A DNA stretch of 64,000 nt from an uncultured delta proteobacterium (GCA_963778655.1 CAVZVA010000005.1:640001-704000), one strand, 5' to 3'. Positions 38,301 through 52,924 are shown, counted from the stretch's first letter. The notes: generated from the sequence alone by a model not told the origin. Numbers and translations are program-made.

Positions 38301-38524
38301 GATCTCGAAGCCCTCCGCGACCGCCGGGCGCGACAGCGCCGCCTGCGGCGTTGCGCGACACTCGAAATATCAAGAAGTGTTCCATCGGTCGCGCGCCTTG
38401 CATTCAGCACCGTCGCGCTCCGAAATCCGGCCACGCCGGGCATTGAGATCCGCACGGCGCGGGCCCGCTCAGGGCGTTGCGCGACCTTGAAATACAGGGA
38501 GTATTCCTGCGTCCGCGCGCCTGC
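38301..38524. repeat. Long imperfect palindrome (38301-38450) plus a partial second copy of its core (38473-38524); REP/MITE-like
   Basis: GATCTCGAAGCCC/GGGCATTGAGATC and GGGCGCGAC/GTCGCGCTC arms; core GGCGTTGCGCGAC..GAAATA..AGT.TTCC..CGCGCGCC occurs twice. Confidence 0.65.
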
Positions 38525-38531
38525 AGTGGTG

Positions 38532-39377
38532 TTAGCCAGCGGGAGCGTCCGCCTCGAGCGCCCGCGCGAGCGCAGCGAGCTGCTCGAGCGCGAGCGTCTC
38601 GCCGCGCCGCCGTGGGTCGATGCCGGTCCGGCTGAGGATGCGCTCGGCCCGCGGCACGCCCAGCACGCCCGCGAGCGCGTTGCGCAGCGTCTTGCGGCGG
38701 CTCTGGAACGCAGCCCGGACCACCGTACGCAGGGGCTCGTTCTCCTCGACCAACGGCTGCGCGCGCGGGGTCAGGCGCACCACCGCGCTGTGCACCTTGG
38801 GCGGTGGGTGAAACGCGCCCGGCGGCAGGCGCAGCACGGTCTCGATCTCGAACGCTGCGTGCGCGAACACCGTGAGCGCGCCGTAGTCGGCGCTGCCGGG
38901 GGCAGCCTCCAGTCGATCGCGCACCTCGCGCTGAACCATCACCACCGCGCGCGCCAGCGCGGCGCGATGCCGCATCAGGTTGCGCAGGATGGCGCCGGTC
39001 GCCGCGTAGGGCAGGTTGCCCACCACGCACAGCGGCCCGCCGGCCCGCTCGGCCAGCGCGCTGAGGTCGACGCTGGCCGCGTCCTCGTGGAGCACCTCCA
39101 CGCCGAACCCCGAGAGCTCGGCCTGCAGCACGCCAATCATGTCCGGGTCGCGCTCGATCGCGAGCACGCGCGCGCCCGCTCGCAGCAGCGCGGCGGTCAG
39201 CGTGCCGAGCCCGGCGCCGAGCTCGACCACCCGCTCTTGCGGCTGCGGTGCAGCCGCCTCCGCGATGCGCGCCACCGCAGCCGGCGAAATCAGGAAGTTC
39301 TGCGACATGCCCCGCTTCGGGCGCAGGCCATGGCGCCCGAGCACGCGTCGCGGATCCTCCCAGGCGGGCGCGCTCAT
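38532..39377 (-). CDS. rsmA: 16S rRNA m6,2A1518/1519 dimethyltransferase
   Basis: SQNFL, VVELGAGLGTLT, VGNLPY, MVQREV, AFHPPPKVHSAVV, RRKTLRNAL. Confidence 0.95.
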   Translation of the reverse strand: MSAPAWEDPRRVLGRHGLRPKRGMSQNFLISPAAVARIAEAAAPQPQERVVELGAGLGTLTAALLRAGARVLAIERDPDMIGVLQAELSGFGVEVLHEDAASVDLSALAERAGGPLCVVGNLPYAATGAILRNLMRHRAALARAVVMVQREVRDRLEAAPGSADYGALTVFAHAAFEIETVLRLPPGAFHPPPKVHSAVVRLTPRAQPLVEENEPLRTVVRAAFQSRRKTLRNALAGVLGVPRAERILSRTGIDPRRRGETLALEQLAALARALEADAPAG

Positions 39378-40981
39378 GCCACCGAGCGCACTCCCTGCGC
39401 GCCGCGCAGCACCGCCGCCGCGCCCTTTTGCGCGTCGTAGCGCAGCACCGGAATGCCCAGCTTGCCGGCGCTGGCCTGGGCTTCGCGCAGGCGGCGCTGC
39501 TCCTGCATGCCGTACACGTGCCGCAGCGTGCGCTCGAGCGGGCTCGCGGACGCCTGCATCAGGCTCTCGGGGTCCGGCAGCAGCAGCCCCAGGCGATGCT
39601 GGCGCGCCTTGAGCAGGCGCAGCGTTTGCAGCAGCGTGTCCGGGTCGTGCACCCCGTCGAGATCGGTCAACAGCAGCAGGCTGCGCGGCGTGCGCCCGTT
39701 GCCGGCGGCCTTACGCAGCGCCTGGGCCAGCCCGCCTGCCTTGGCCAGGCCGCGCGTGTCGGCGCGATAGGGCAGGGGGATGCCGCGCACGCGGCAGAAG
39801 CGCCGCAGCAGCACGTGCTCGGGCGAGGACGCCACGACCTCCTCGTGATCGGGCTCGCTCTGCAGCGCGCGCGTCACGTGCGCCGCCAGCGCGGGCAGGT
39901 CCCAGCCGCCCGCCCCCTCGCCAGAGAAGTCCTTGCCCTCCTGCTGCCGCAGGTAGAGCCCGACCAGCGCGGCCACCCCATCGTCGTCGATCTGGGTCAG
40001 GTCGGCGTCGACCACCTCGGTCGCCTTGAGCAGGCCGTCGTAGATGCGCAGCATGTGATGGCGGCCCTCGGCCGCTGCCACCTGCGAGATCACACGCCCG
40101 TCCACGGTGAGCAGGCCGACGCGGTCGCCGCGCTCCAGCGCTTGGTGCGCGAGCAGCGCGGCGATCTCGATGCAGTGGTCGAGCTTGCGCTCCCCGGGCG
40201 CGCCGCCGCGCATCGATCCGCTGGCGTCGATCACGATCTGCAGCGTGTCCTGAACCTCGCGCTCGACCTCGCGCACGAGCAGCTTGCCCGCGCGCGCGCT
40301 GGCCTTCCACGCGATCGCCTTGAACGGGTCGCCGGGCCTGTGCTCGCGGATCTCGTGCAGCTCGGTGCCGGCGCCGCGCCGCCGCAGCGGGGTGGGTCCG
40401 GCGTGCTCCACCGCCTCTCCGCCGGCCGGTCGCGCGCCCAACACCGTGCGCGCGGCCGCGCGCGGCAGCACCTTGATGCTGAGCGGGCTGGGGAAGTACA
40501 GCGGCGCCGAGAACAGCCCGAACGGCCCCGGCACCATCACCGCCAGCCCCTGCAGCACGACGCGTCCGGCGGCGCTGGCATGAAGCCGCAGTCGGATCTC
40601 GGTGCGCGCGCGCGCCGGCAGCGCCAGCTCCCCTCCCTGGCCTTCGAGCACGCGTACGCCCATTGGCACGACCGGCAGCAGCGCATCGAGACGCAGCGCG
40701 TGCAGGCTGCGGTTGCGCACGTAGCCGTGCACCTCGAAGGGTGCGCCGACCACTGCGCCCTGCGCCTGCTCGCCGTGTCCCAGCCACCACGCGAACTCCA
40801 TGCGTTGCCGTCGCAGCCGCGCCCCCAGCGGCGCGGTCAGCGCCAGCGCCGCGGCCAGGCCCAGCAGCAGCCCGCCGCCCAGCATGGTGGCGGTCGGCGA
40901 GCTCGCGAGCACGCCCGCGAGCAGCACGGCCACGCTCCCGCAGAAGGCGAGCACGGCGGTGCGAGCAGGAATCGGCAGCAT
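39374..40981 (-). CDS. DUF58 domain protein (vWA-like partner of MoxR)
   Basis: ELHEIREHRPGDPFKAIAWKASAR..LLVRE, VIDASGSM; N-terminal TM helices. Confidence 0.88.
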   Translation of the reverse strand: MLPIPARTAVLAFCGSVAVLLAGVLASSPTATMLGGGLLLGLAAALALTAPLGARLRRQRMEFAWWLGHGEQAQGAVVGAPFEVHGYVRNRSLHALRLDALLPVVPMGVRVLEGQGGELALPARARTEIRLRLHASAAGRVVLQGLAVMVPGPFGLFSAPLYFPSPLSIKVLPRAAARTVLGARPAGGEAVEHAGPTPLRRRGAGTELHEIREHRPGDPFKAIAWKASARAGKLLVREVEREVQDTLQIVIDASGSMRGGAPGERKLDHCIEIAALLAHQALERGDRVGLLTVDGRVISQVAAAEGRHHMLRIYDGLLKATEVVDADLTQIDDDGVAALVGLYLRQQEGKDFSGEGAGGWDLPALAAHVTRALQSEPDHEEVVASSPEHVLLRRFCRVRGIPLPYRADTRGLAKAGGLAQALRKAAGNGRTPRSLLLLTDLDGVHDPDTLLQTLRLLKARQHRLGLLLPDPESLMQASASPLERTLRHVYGMQEQRRLREAQASAGKLGIPVLRYDAQKGAAAVLRGAQGVRSVA

Positions 40982-40999
40982 GGCGACGACCCCGCGCGC

Positions 41000-41971
41000 T
41001 CAGCCGCCCCGCCGGTGACCGACCTTGTCCAGCGCCTCGCGCACCACCGATTCGCCGGCCGCGCCTTCCATCTGCGCTTCGGGCGTGAGGATGATGCGGT
41101 GCGCGAGCACCGGCGCGGCCAGGTGCTTGACGTCGTCGGGCAACACGTACGCGCGGCCGGCGAGCAGAGCCAGCGCCTTGGCCGCCTGCAGCAGCGCCAG
41201 CGATCCGCGCGGCGAGCAGCCCAGGAACACGCGCTGGTGCTTGCGCGTGTAGGCCGAGAGCCGCACCACGTAGTCGATCACCTCGCGCTCGGCATGCACC
41301 GCGGCGACCATCGCCTGTAGCGCCAGGATCTCCTGGGGTGAGAGCACGCCGCGCACCTCCGGCGGGGTGCCGCCGAAGCGCTCGAGGATCGCGCGCTCCT
41401 CGGACGCCGACGGATAGCCGATCAGCACCCGCATCAGGAAGCGGTCGATCTGCGCCTCGGGCAGCGGGTAGGTGCCGGCCTGCTCAACCGGGTTCTGCGT
41501 CGCCAGCACCATGAAGGGGCGAGGCATGGCGCGGGTCTGGCCGTCGATGGTGGCCTGCAGCTCCTGCATCGCCTCGAGCAGCGCGCTCTGGGTCTTGGCG
41601 GGCGCGCGGTTGATCTCGTCGCACAGCACCACGTTGGCGAAGATCGGCCCCTCGCGCAGGCTGAAGGAGCCGCTCGCGGGCGCCAGCACGTAGGTGCCGG
41701 TGATGTCCGCGGGCAGCAGATCGGGCGTGAACTGGATGCGCTTGAAGCTGCAGCGCAGCGTCGCCGCGAAAGCCTTGGCGAGCGTGGTCTTGGCCACCCC
41801 CGGAACGCCTTCCAGCAGCACGTGCCCGCGCGCCAGCAGCGACACCAGCAGCAGGCGGCTGAGCTCGTCTGGGCCCACGAACAGGCGGCCTACCTCGTGC
41901 ATCACGGCCGCGGCGCGTTCCGCCACCTGGGCCAGCTGGTCGGGCGCGAGCTCGGCGGCGTGGTCGTTCAT
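41000..41971 (-). CDS. moxR: MoxR family AAA+ ATPase
   Basis: GHVLLEGVPGVAKT, RIQFTPDLLPADITG, DEINRAPAKTQSALLEAM, GTYPLPEAQIDRF. Confidence 0.94.
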   Translation of the reverse strand: MNDHAAELAPDQLAQVAERAAAVMHEVGRLFVGPDELSRLLLVSLLARGHVLLEGVPGVAKTTLAKAFAATLRCSFKRIQFTPDLLPADITGTYVLAPASGSFSLREGPIFANVVLCDEINRAPAKTQSALLEAMQELQATIDGQTRAMPRPFMVLATQNPVEQAGTYPLPEAQIDRFLMRVLIGYPSASEERAILERFGGTPPEVRGVLSPQEILALQAMVAAVHAEREVIDYVVRLSAYTRKHQRVFLGCSPRGSLALLQAAKALALLAGRAYVLPDDVKHLAAPVLAHRIILTPEAQMEGAAGESVVREALDKVGHRRGG

Positions 41972-43278
41972 GAGCGGCGTTCCCGGGCGCGGACCTCGTG
42001 CAACGCGTGCAGGATACGATCGCCCGAAGCCACCATGGCATGGAATTTCCGCTCGCCCACGTGCGGCGGCGAGGGCGGCCGTTCCTGCGCCAGCGCGAGC
42101 TGCTCGAGCTCGAGCAGCAGCGCCCGGGTGTGCTCGATCAAGGGCTCCGCGAGACCGGCCTTGCGCATCGCCTCCGTCATGTCACGCAGGCTGGGCTGGT
42201 CGCGAAGCGCCAGGCCCTCGAGCAGCTCCCGCTCGAGCTCGAGCTTGTAGGTCAGCAGCGGCGAGAGCAGGTTGCGGCCCTTGCCCGAGAAGAAGCGCAC
42301 GCGCCCGGCGAAGCCGGCCAGCGTTTCAGCCGCGGGCAGGGCGGTCGCGCGCGCGTAGGTCGCGCGGCGCGGCAGCGCGCTGGCGGCGGCCAGCAGCAGC
42401 AGCAGCGAGACCACCAGCGCGGTCACGCGCAGCGCTGCGGGCGGTAGGCGAGCCCGCGCCAGCCGATCGAGCCCCGCGCGCAGCCCGGCCAGCGGGTCGG
42501 CCGCCGCCACGCTGGGGTAGCGCCCGGCCAGGACCGTGTCGGGTGCGGCGATCCACAGCCGTCCGTCCTGCGCCAGATAGCGCACCAGATTGTGTGCGAA
42601 AGTCCGGTTGCCGCGGAACTCGAGCATGTTGTTGATCAACACGCTGGAGTCGCCGATCGCGACCAGCCGGCCCTTGCCGACGGCACCGCTGAGCACGATC
42701 GCGCCGCGGCTCTGGTCGAGGCTGAAGATCGCGTCCAGCTGATCGTGGTGCAGCACCTGCGGATGATTGGTCACCAGGGCCAGCACCTGCGCGTTCAGCG
42801 GATGGCGCGCGCGCGGCTTGGCGATCAGCACGTGGACGTTGCCGCGCAGCCTGCGCTCGGGCGGCACCGAGCCGGGCTTGCTGCGCCCGACGCCGAAGCT
42901 GGCGAGCAGGCGGCCCCCGGCGCCGAAGTCGTCGGCAACCGCGAGCCGGCCGCCTTCCGCCATGAAAGCCGACAGATCGCGCGCAGGCGGCGGCTCCGCG
43001 GGATAGACCAGCAGCAGGCCGTCCCCCGGGCGCAGCGCAGCCAGATCGATCCGGTGCGGCACGCGCAGCTCCAGCCCCGCGCCGCGGGCGATCGACAGCA
43101 GCTCGCTGAGCCCGTTCCAGCCCTGATTGTCGAGCGCATAGTCGCCCGTGTCCGCTCGGGCATGGTGCGTGCCCACCAGCGAGGCGGCCAGCAGAACGCT
43201 CCACCAAATCCAGACTTTCTCTGCTCCCGGCCACCTGGCGGCGCGCGCCCTGGGCCCCAGTGGAAGCGCGGAGGGCAC
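41968..43278 (-). CDS. DUF4350-like domain protein (signal peptide, C-terminal TM)
   Basis: DYALDNQGWNGLS, FMAEGGRLAVADDFG, GKGRLVAIGDSSVLINNML; ATGA overlap with moxR. Start uncertain (GTG 43278 assumed). Confidence 0.7.
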   Translation of the reverse strand: MPSALPLGPRARAARWPGAEKVWIWWSVLLAASLVGTHHARADTGDYALDNQGWNGLSELLSIARGAGLELRVPHRIDLAALRPGDGLLLVYPAEPPPARDLSAFMAEGGRLAVADDFGAGGRLLASFGVGRSKPGSVPPERRLRGNVHVLIAKPRARHPLNAQVLALVTNHPQVLHHDQLDAIFSLDQSRGAIVLSGAVGKGRLVAIGDSSVLINNMLEFRGNRTFAHNLVRYLAQDGRLWIAAPDTVLAGRYPSVAAADPLAGLRAGLDRLARARLPPAALRVTALVVSLLLLLAAASALPRRATYARATALPAAETLAGFAGRVRFFSGKGRNLLSPLLTYKLELERELLEGLALRDQPSLRDMTEAMRKAGLAEPLIEHTRALLLELEQLALAQERPPSPPHVGERKFHAMVASGDRILHALHEVRARERRS

Positions 43279-43354
43279 CGCACCAGCAACTTGCGGTTGC
43301 GCGTCCCAATCTGCGTTATTATGAGTAGGGAAGAGGCAGCCAAGGAGCCGGCTC

Positions 43355-43525
43355 ATGTTGCCGCCGATTATCATCGAGCACATCAAGAAGCGGGAAGAGG
43401 AAGAGCGGCGCCGCCAGCAGCCGTTCATCCAGCTTCCAGTCCCGCAGCCGATGCCTCCTCGCCCGCGCCCGGGCTCCGACGAAGACGAGTCGGAGCGCGG
43501 CGTGGTGATCATCGATATCACGTGA
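43355..43525 (+). CDS. Small hypothetical protein, 56 aa (not in the ORF track)
   Basis: AAGGAG SD, then MLPPIIIEHIKKREEEERRRQQPFIQLPVPQPMPPRPRPGSDEDESERGVVIIDIT; high GC3. Confidence 0.75.
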   Translation: MLPPIIIEHIKKREEEERRRQQPFIQLPVPQPMPPRPRPGSDEDESERGVVIIDIT

Positions 43526-43698
43526 GCGGCGGGCGCGCGACGCCCCCATTTGGTTGCGTTTCCGAGGGCTTTGCCGGCGATTCGAGGCCGTAGCAAAGGG
43601 TCCCGAGCTCCGTCCCCCCAGCGCGGCCGCCGGGCCTTCCAGGCCTCCGCCGCGCCCGGCGCTGTTGGTTTGCCCTTACGACCGGTTACACTGACCGT

Positions 43699-45078
43699 GT
43701 GAAGCACGGACGCATCGGTCGCTACGAGCTGCTGCACAAGATCGCGGCCGGAGGGATGGCCGAGATCTTCCTGGCGCGCCAATGGGGGCAGGGCGGCTTC
43801 TTTCGCGATGTAGTCATCAAGCGTCTATTTCCCCACTACGCCGAGCACGAGCACGCGCTGCGCATGTTCCAGGACGAGGCGCGGCTGCTGGCCGAGCTCT
43901 CCCATCCCAACATCCCGCAGGTCTACGACCTCGGTTACGCGGACGGGTACTGGTACCTGGCGATGGAGTACGTGCGCGGAGTGAGCCTCGCCGACCTGTG
44001 CAGGGCGGCCGCCAAGGCCAACAAGCCGATGCCGCTGGCGGTCGCGATCGGCATCGTGCACCAGGTCTGCATGGCGCTGCACCACGCGCACGAGCGCCAC
44101 GACCGCGAGGGGCGGGCGCTGCGCATCGTGCACCGCGACGTGACCCCGCACAACATCATGATCTCGCTCGATGCAGTGGTGAAGGTGCTCGACTTCGGCG
44201 TGGCGCTGACCACCGCGCGCATCGACACCGATGCCGGCGTGGTGCGCGGAACCTACGCTTACATGGGGCCGGAGCAGGTGCGCGGCAAACCGCTCGACAA
44301 GCGCGCCGACGTGTTCGCGGTCGGGGTGATCCTGCACGAGCTGACCACCGGGCGGCGGCTGTTCCGCGGCAACGACATCCAGGTGATGACCCAGATCGTC
44401 GAGCAGGACGTGCCGCCGCCGTCGAGCATGCTGCCAAGCTTCCCCACCGACCTCGAGCAGGTGGTGCTGGGCGCGCTGACGCGCGATCGGGGCAAGCGCA
44501 CGCCCAGCGCGGCCCACCTGGCGCTCGCGCTCGACCAGTTCTGCATGCGACACGGTCTGGTGACCGGGCCGCTGGTCATCGCGCACTACGTGCGCTCGCT
44601 GTTTCCCTACGAGCGCGTGGCCGAGGAGGGCATGGGCATCGCCCAGGTCCCGTCTCCGGGCAGCACGGGGATGGACTCCGATCGCGGGCCCCCGGCCGTG
44701 TCGGCCGAGCAACTCGAAGAGCGCCTGCTGGCCGACGAGCTGCGCGCCCTGCAGCAGCGCCGCGGGCAGACGCTGGCGCGCGGGCGCGCGGCCGAGGAGA
44801 CGGCGCGCGATACATTGGAGGCTCCGCCCGAGCCGGAGCTCGAGGAGCTCAGCGTGGACGATCTGCTGCTCGATGAGGCGGACAGCGTGCAGCGCGAGCC
44901 CGAAGCGGCCGCGGCGGCGCCCGCGCCTCTGCGCATCGACGAGCTGGACGAGGACTCCGACATCAAGCCGGTGGTACTGCTCTCGCCCAAGCGAAAGCCG
45001 TCGCAGCCCGCGCCCGGCTCCGACGGGGCGTTCATGAGCGACCTCGAGCGTCGCCTGCGCGAGGACGCCGATTCCTAG
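43699..45078 (+). CDS. Cytoplasmic Ser/Thr protein kinase with an acidic C-terminal tail
   Basis: GRYELLHKIAAGGMAEIFLA, VVIKR, HRDVTPHN, DFG, YMGPEQ. Confidence 0.93.
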   Translation: MKHGRIGRYELLHKIAAGGMAEIFLARQWGQGGFFRDVVIKRLFPHYAEHEHALRMFQDEARLLAELSHPNIPQVYDLGYADGYWYLAMEYVRGVSLADLCRAAAKANKPMPLAVAIGIVHQVCMALHHAHERHDREGRALRIVHRDVTPHNIMISLDAVVKVLDFGVALTTARIDTDAGVVRGTYAYMGPEQVRGKPLDKRADVFAVGVILHELTTGRRLFRGNDIQVMTQIVEQDVPPPSSMLPSFPTDLEQVVLGALTRDRGKRTPSAAHLALALDQFCMRHGLVTGPLVIAHYVRSLFPYERVAEEGMGIAQVPSPGSTGMDSDRGPPAVSAEQLEERLLADELRALQQRRGQTLARGRAAEETARDTLEAPPEPELEELSVDDLLLDEADSVQREPEAAAAAPAPLRIDELDEDSDIKPVVLLSPKRKPSQPAPGSDGAFMSDLERRLREDADS

Positions 45079-45096
45079 CCCGCGCAGCGCGCCGCC

Positions 45097-46300
45097 ATGA
45101 TTGCGCTGGCGGACATCGAGCGCGCGCGCGAACGCATTCGCCACGCGATTCTATCTCTCACCGTGCGCGCGCTCCGAGTCGCTCTCGCGGCGCCTGGGGT
45201 GTGAGGCCTATCTCAAGCTCGAGAACCTGCAGATGACCGGCTCGTTCAAGGAGCGAGGTGCTCTCAACAAGTTGGCCACGCTCGAGCCCGAGCAGCGTGC
45301 CGCGGGCGTGATCGCCGCCAGCGCCGGCAACCACGCCCAGGGCCTGGCCTACGTCGCCAGCCGCATGGGGGTGCACGCCACCATCGTGATGCCCGTGAGC
45401 ACGCCGCTGATCAAGCGCAGCGCCACGCGCACGCACGGCGCCGAGGTGATCCTGCACGGCGAAACCTACGACGACGCCGCGGCCGAAGCCGAGCGTCTGG
45501 CCGTGCAACGCGGGTTGACGCCGGTTCCCGCGTTCGACGACGACGCGGTGATCGCGGGGCAGGGCACGATCGGCCTCGAGCTGCTCGAGCAGGTGCCGGA
45601 GCTGGACGCGGTGATCGCGCCGGTCGGGGGTGGAGGGCTGCTCGGCGGCATCGCCGTGGCGCTCAAGACACGCCGCCCCGAGATCGCTCTGTATGGCGTG
45701 CAGGCCGAGCTCGTGCCCTCGATGCACCAGGCGCTGAGCCGGCACGCGCCTGCCCTGGTGGAGGCCCGGCGCACGCTGGCCGACGGCATCGCGGTGCGGC
45801 GGGTGAGCCCGCGCACGCTCGAGCTCGCGGCGCGCTACCTCGAGGGCATCACGCTGGTCGAAGAGGAGGAGATCGCCGAGGCCGTGCTGCTGCTGCTGGA
45901 GCTGGAGAAGACGGTGGCCGAGGGCGCCGGCGCGGTCGCGCTCGCCGCAGCCTTGCAGGGCAGCCTTCCGCTCGAAGGCAAGCGCGTGGTGCTGCTCGTT
46001 TCCGGGGGCAACATCGACGTCAATCTGCTCTCGCGCATCATCGATCGAGGGCTGGTCAAGTCAGGCCGCTGCATGCGCATGTGGGTGCTGATTCCCGATG
46101 TGCCCGGCGCGCTCGCGGCCTTGCTGACCACGATCGCAGGCCTGCAGGCGAACGTCCTGCAGGTCCATCACGACCGCGTGGCGGCCCGCACCGAGCCCGG
46201 CGTAACCGCGGTCGAGCTGGTGATCGAGACGCGCGGCTTCGATCACATCAGCGCGATCGAAGCCGCGATCAGCGACGCCGGTTGGGTCATCTCGGGCTGA
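45097..46300 (+). CDS. ilvA: Threonine ammonia-lyase (medium form, C-terminal ACT domain); +1 frameshift near 45150
   Basis: MIALADIERARERIRHAI in frame 1 joins YLSPC..LKLENLQMTGSFKERGA, SAGNHAQG, SGGNID and ACT in frame 2. Confidence 0.88.
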
Positions 46301-46399
46301 AGGCACCGGCGCAGCGGCAGGATGCGCGCGGGGCTCCGGGCGGGCGTCGAGCTCTGCCCGCGTAGGTCCGCCGACTGATGTATCGGGATTCATACAAGA

Positions 46400-46455
46400 A
46401 TTAGTGTGTGTCAACATGTGCCGAATGTGCCATCTTGTGCAAAATTGAGCCATCT
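46400..46455. promoter_or_regulatory. AT-richer patch with tandem TGTGCC-like repeats (putative regulator binding sites)
   Basis: TGTGTC-aaca-TGTGCC-gaa-TGTGCC-atct-TGTGCA-aaat-TGAGCC at 9-10 bp spacing. Confidence 0.45.
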
Positions 46456-46470
46456 GGTAGTTCTGGCCCT

Positions 46471-51541
<5,071 letters not shown>

Positions 51542-51595
51542 GGCGCCGCGATCGGGTATTTCGGATCGATCGGTTTGCGTTCTAACCTCTCGGCC

Positions 51596-51826
51596 ATGCG
51601 GCCCCCGGCGATGTTGTTCTTCGTCCTGTTCGGCTGCGGTTGCGCGCGTTCGGTCCGTCTCCCGGTCTCCGCGGGCGAGCCCTGCGATGCGAGCGCCGAC
51701 TGCAACCCAGCTCGCGACGGGGGCACGGCCGGCTGTGGGGCGATCCGTTTGTGCGTAGAGGGGCGCTGCGAGGTATCCCTGGACGGCGGCGCAGCGGCCT
51801 CGGGCCTGCGGGCTTGCGGCCGGTGA
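51596..51826 (+). CDS. Small Cys-rich putative lipoprotein
   Basis: Hydrophobic N-terminus LFGCGC, C-x5-C..C-x5-C-x4-C pattern; TAACCT 7 nt upstream. Confidence 0.55.
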   Translation: MRPPAMLFFVLFGCGCARSVRLPVSAGEPCDASADCNPARDGGTAGCGAIRLCVEGRCEVSLDGGAAASGLRACGR

Positions 51827-51880
51827 GGTGGGCGCACCAAGCGCGCGATCGCGAGCTCCGAGCCCTGCGCGGCGGCGGGC

Positions 51881-52924
51881 TCACTCCGCGACAGCATCTG
51901 CTTGATCGTCGATCGGTGCCTGCCCGTCGTCGTCCGCATCGGGCTCGTCGGCGCGCGGCGCCTCTTGCTCGTCGCTTGGCGTGGCAGCGGGTGGGCGGCG
52001 CTGTGGCGCCTCGCCAGGGCCGGAGTAGTCGGTCCAGCGCGCGTTCTTGCGCCGTACGTCCAGATGCACGAAGTGGCTGCGCGGGTAATAGCCCACGCCG
52101 ACGTGATCGAAGCTCGCGCAGTAGTCGCGCAACACCTGCAGCGGCACACCGGGGATGCGTAGATCGACGGCCTGGGCCGCGACGTGCCGGCTGGTGGGCT
52201 TGGTGTAGCCGCCTGCATGGCGGTAGCCGCTGATGATGTACAGCGGGCGACCGCCGAAGTGATCGGAGAGCCGTGCCAGCAAGCGCACCAGGCGCGGGTG
52301 CGGCTTCTTTCCGCGACTGCGATCGCTGACGCGCGGCGTGCGCGGGCGCAGCAACCGGCTGAGGGGCGCGAGCGTGCGGAGGCGCGTGCGGCCGCGTGCG
52401 TCGACCAGGCGGAGCGTGCGGATCTCGCGCGACCAGACGCGGTACAAGCGCACCACGCCAGGGTGTCTGGGAACACCCCAGCGCCGCTCCGCCGCCGCTT
52501 GTCGTTGCGCGCTTTCCGCGCCGGGCAGCAGCAGGCGCTGACGCAGCTGCAGCGGCGCGTTCTCGCGCAGGTGATTCGTGCGCGCTAGCTCGGCGACGGG
52601 CAGCTGGTGGCGGCGCGCGATGCTCGCCAGCGAATCACCGGGGGCCGCGTAGACCACGCCGCGCGGCGGTACCATCAGTACTTGACCGGGACGGATCGCG
52701 GCGTTGCGCGCGATGCCGTTTGCGGCGGCGAGCGCGGCCACGCTCACGCCATAGCGCGCCGCGATCCGCGAGAGCGTCTGGCCCTTGGCCACGGTGTACT
52801 CGCGGTCGGCGCGGGCCTGCGCCGAGGCTGCCAGCACGGAAGCGAACAACGCACAGCGCAGGCCGGCGGCGAGCGCCGGGACGAGGCGTGCGGGGACGGT
52901 CCGGGGTGCGTTCGGCGGTGACAT
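51881..52924 (-). CDS. LysM x2 plus DUF882/YcbK (peptidase M15) peptidoglycan endopeptidase
   Basis: YTVAKGQTLSRIAARYGV, GDSLASIARRH, IISGYR, SRHVAAQAVD, GVGYYPRSHFVHLDVR. Confidence 0.88.
   Translation of the reverse strand: MSPPNAPRTVPARLVPALAAGLRCALFASVLAASAQARADREYTVAKGQTLSRIAARYGVSVAALAAANGIARNAAIRPGQVLMVPPRGVVYAAPGDSLASIARRHQLPVAELARTNHLRENAPLQLRQRLLLPGAESAQRQAAAERRWGVPRHPGVVRLYRVWSREIRTLRLVDARGRTRLRTLAPLSRLLRPRTPRVSDRSRGKKPHPRLVRLLARLSDHFGGRPLYIISGYRHAGGYTKPTSRHVAAQAVDLRIPGVPLQVLRDYCASFDHVGVGYYPRSHFVHLDVRRKNARWTDYSGPGEAPQRRPPAATPSDEQEAPRADEPDADDDGQAPIDDQADAVAE

Noticed and set aside
43279..43782. N-terminal extension of the 604-aa DUF4350 ORF
   Set aside because: It overlaps the 56-aa ORF and the kinase start on the + strand; the signal peptide lies much further downstream
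46437..46453. Sigma54 promoter on the minus strand (TGGCTC-AATT-TTGC)
   Set aside because: GG-to-GC spacing is 9 nt rather than the required 10, and no gene lies downstream in that direction
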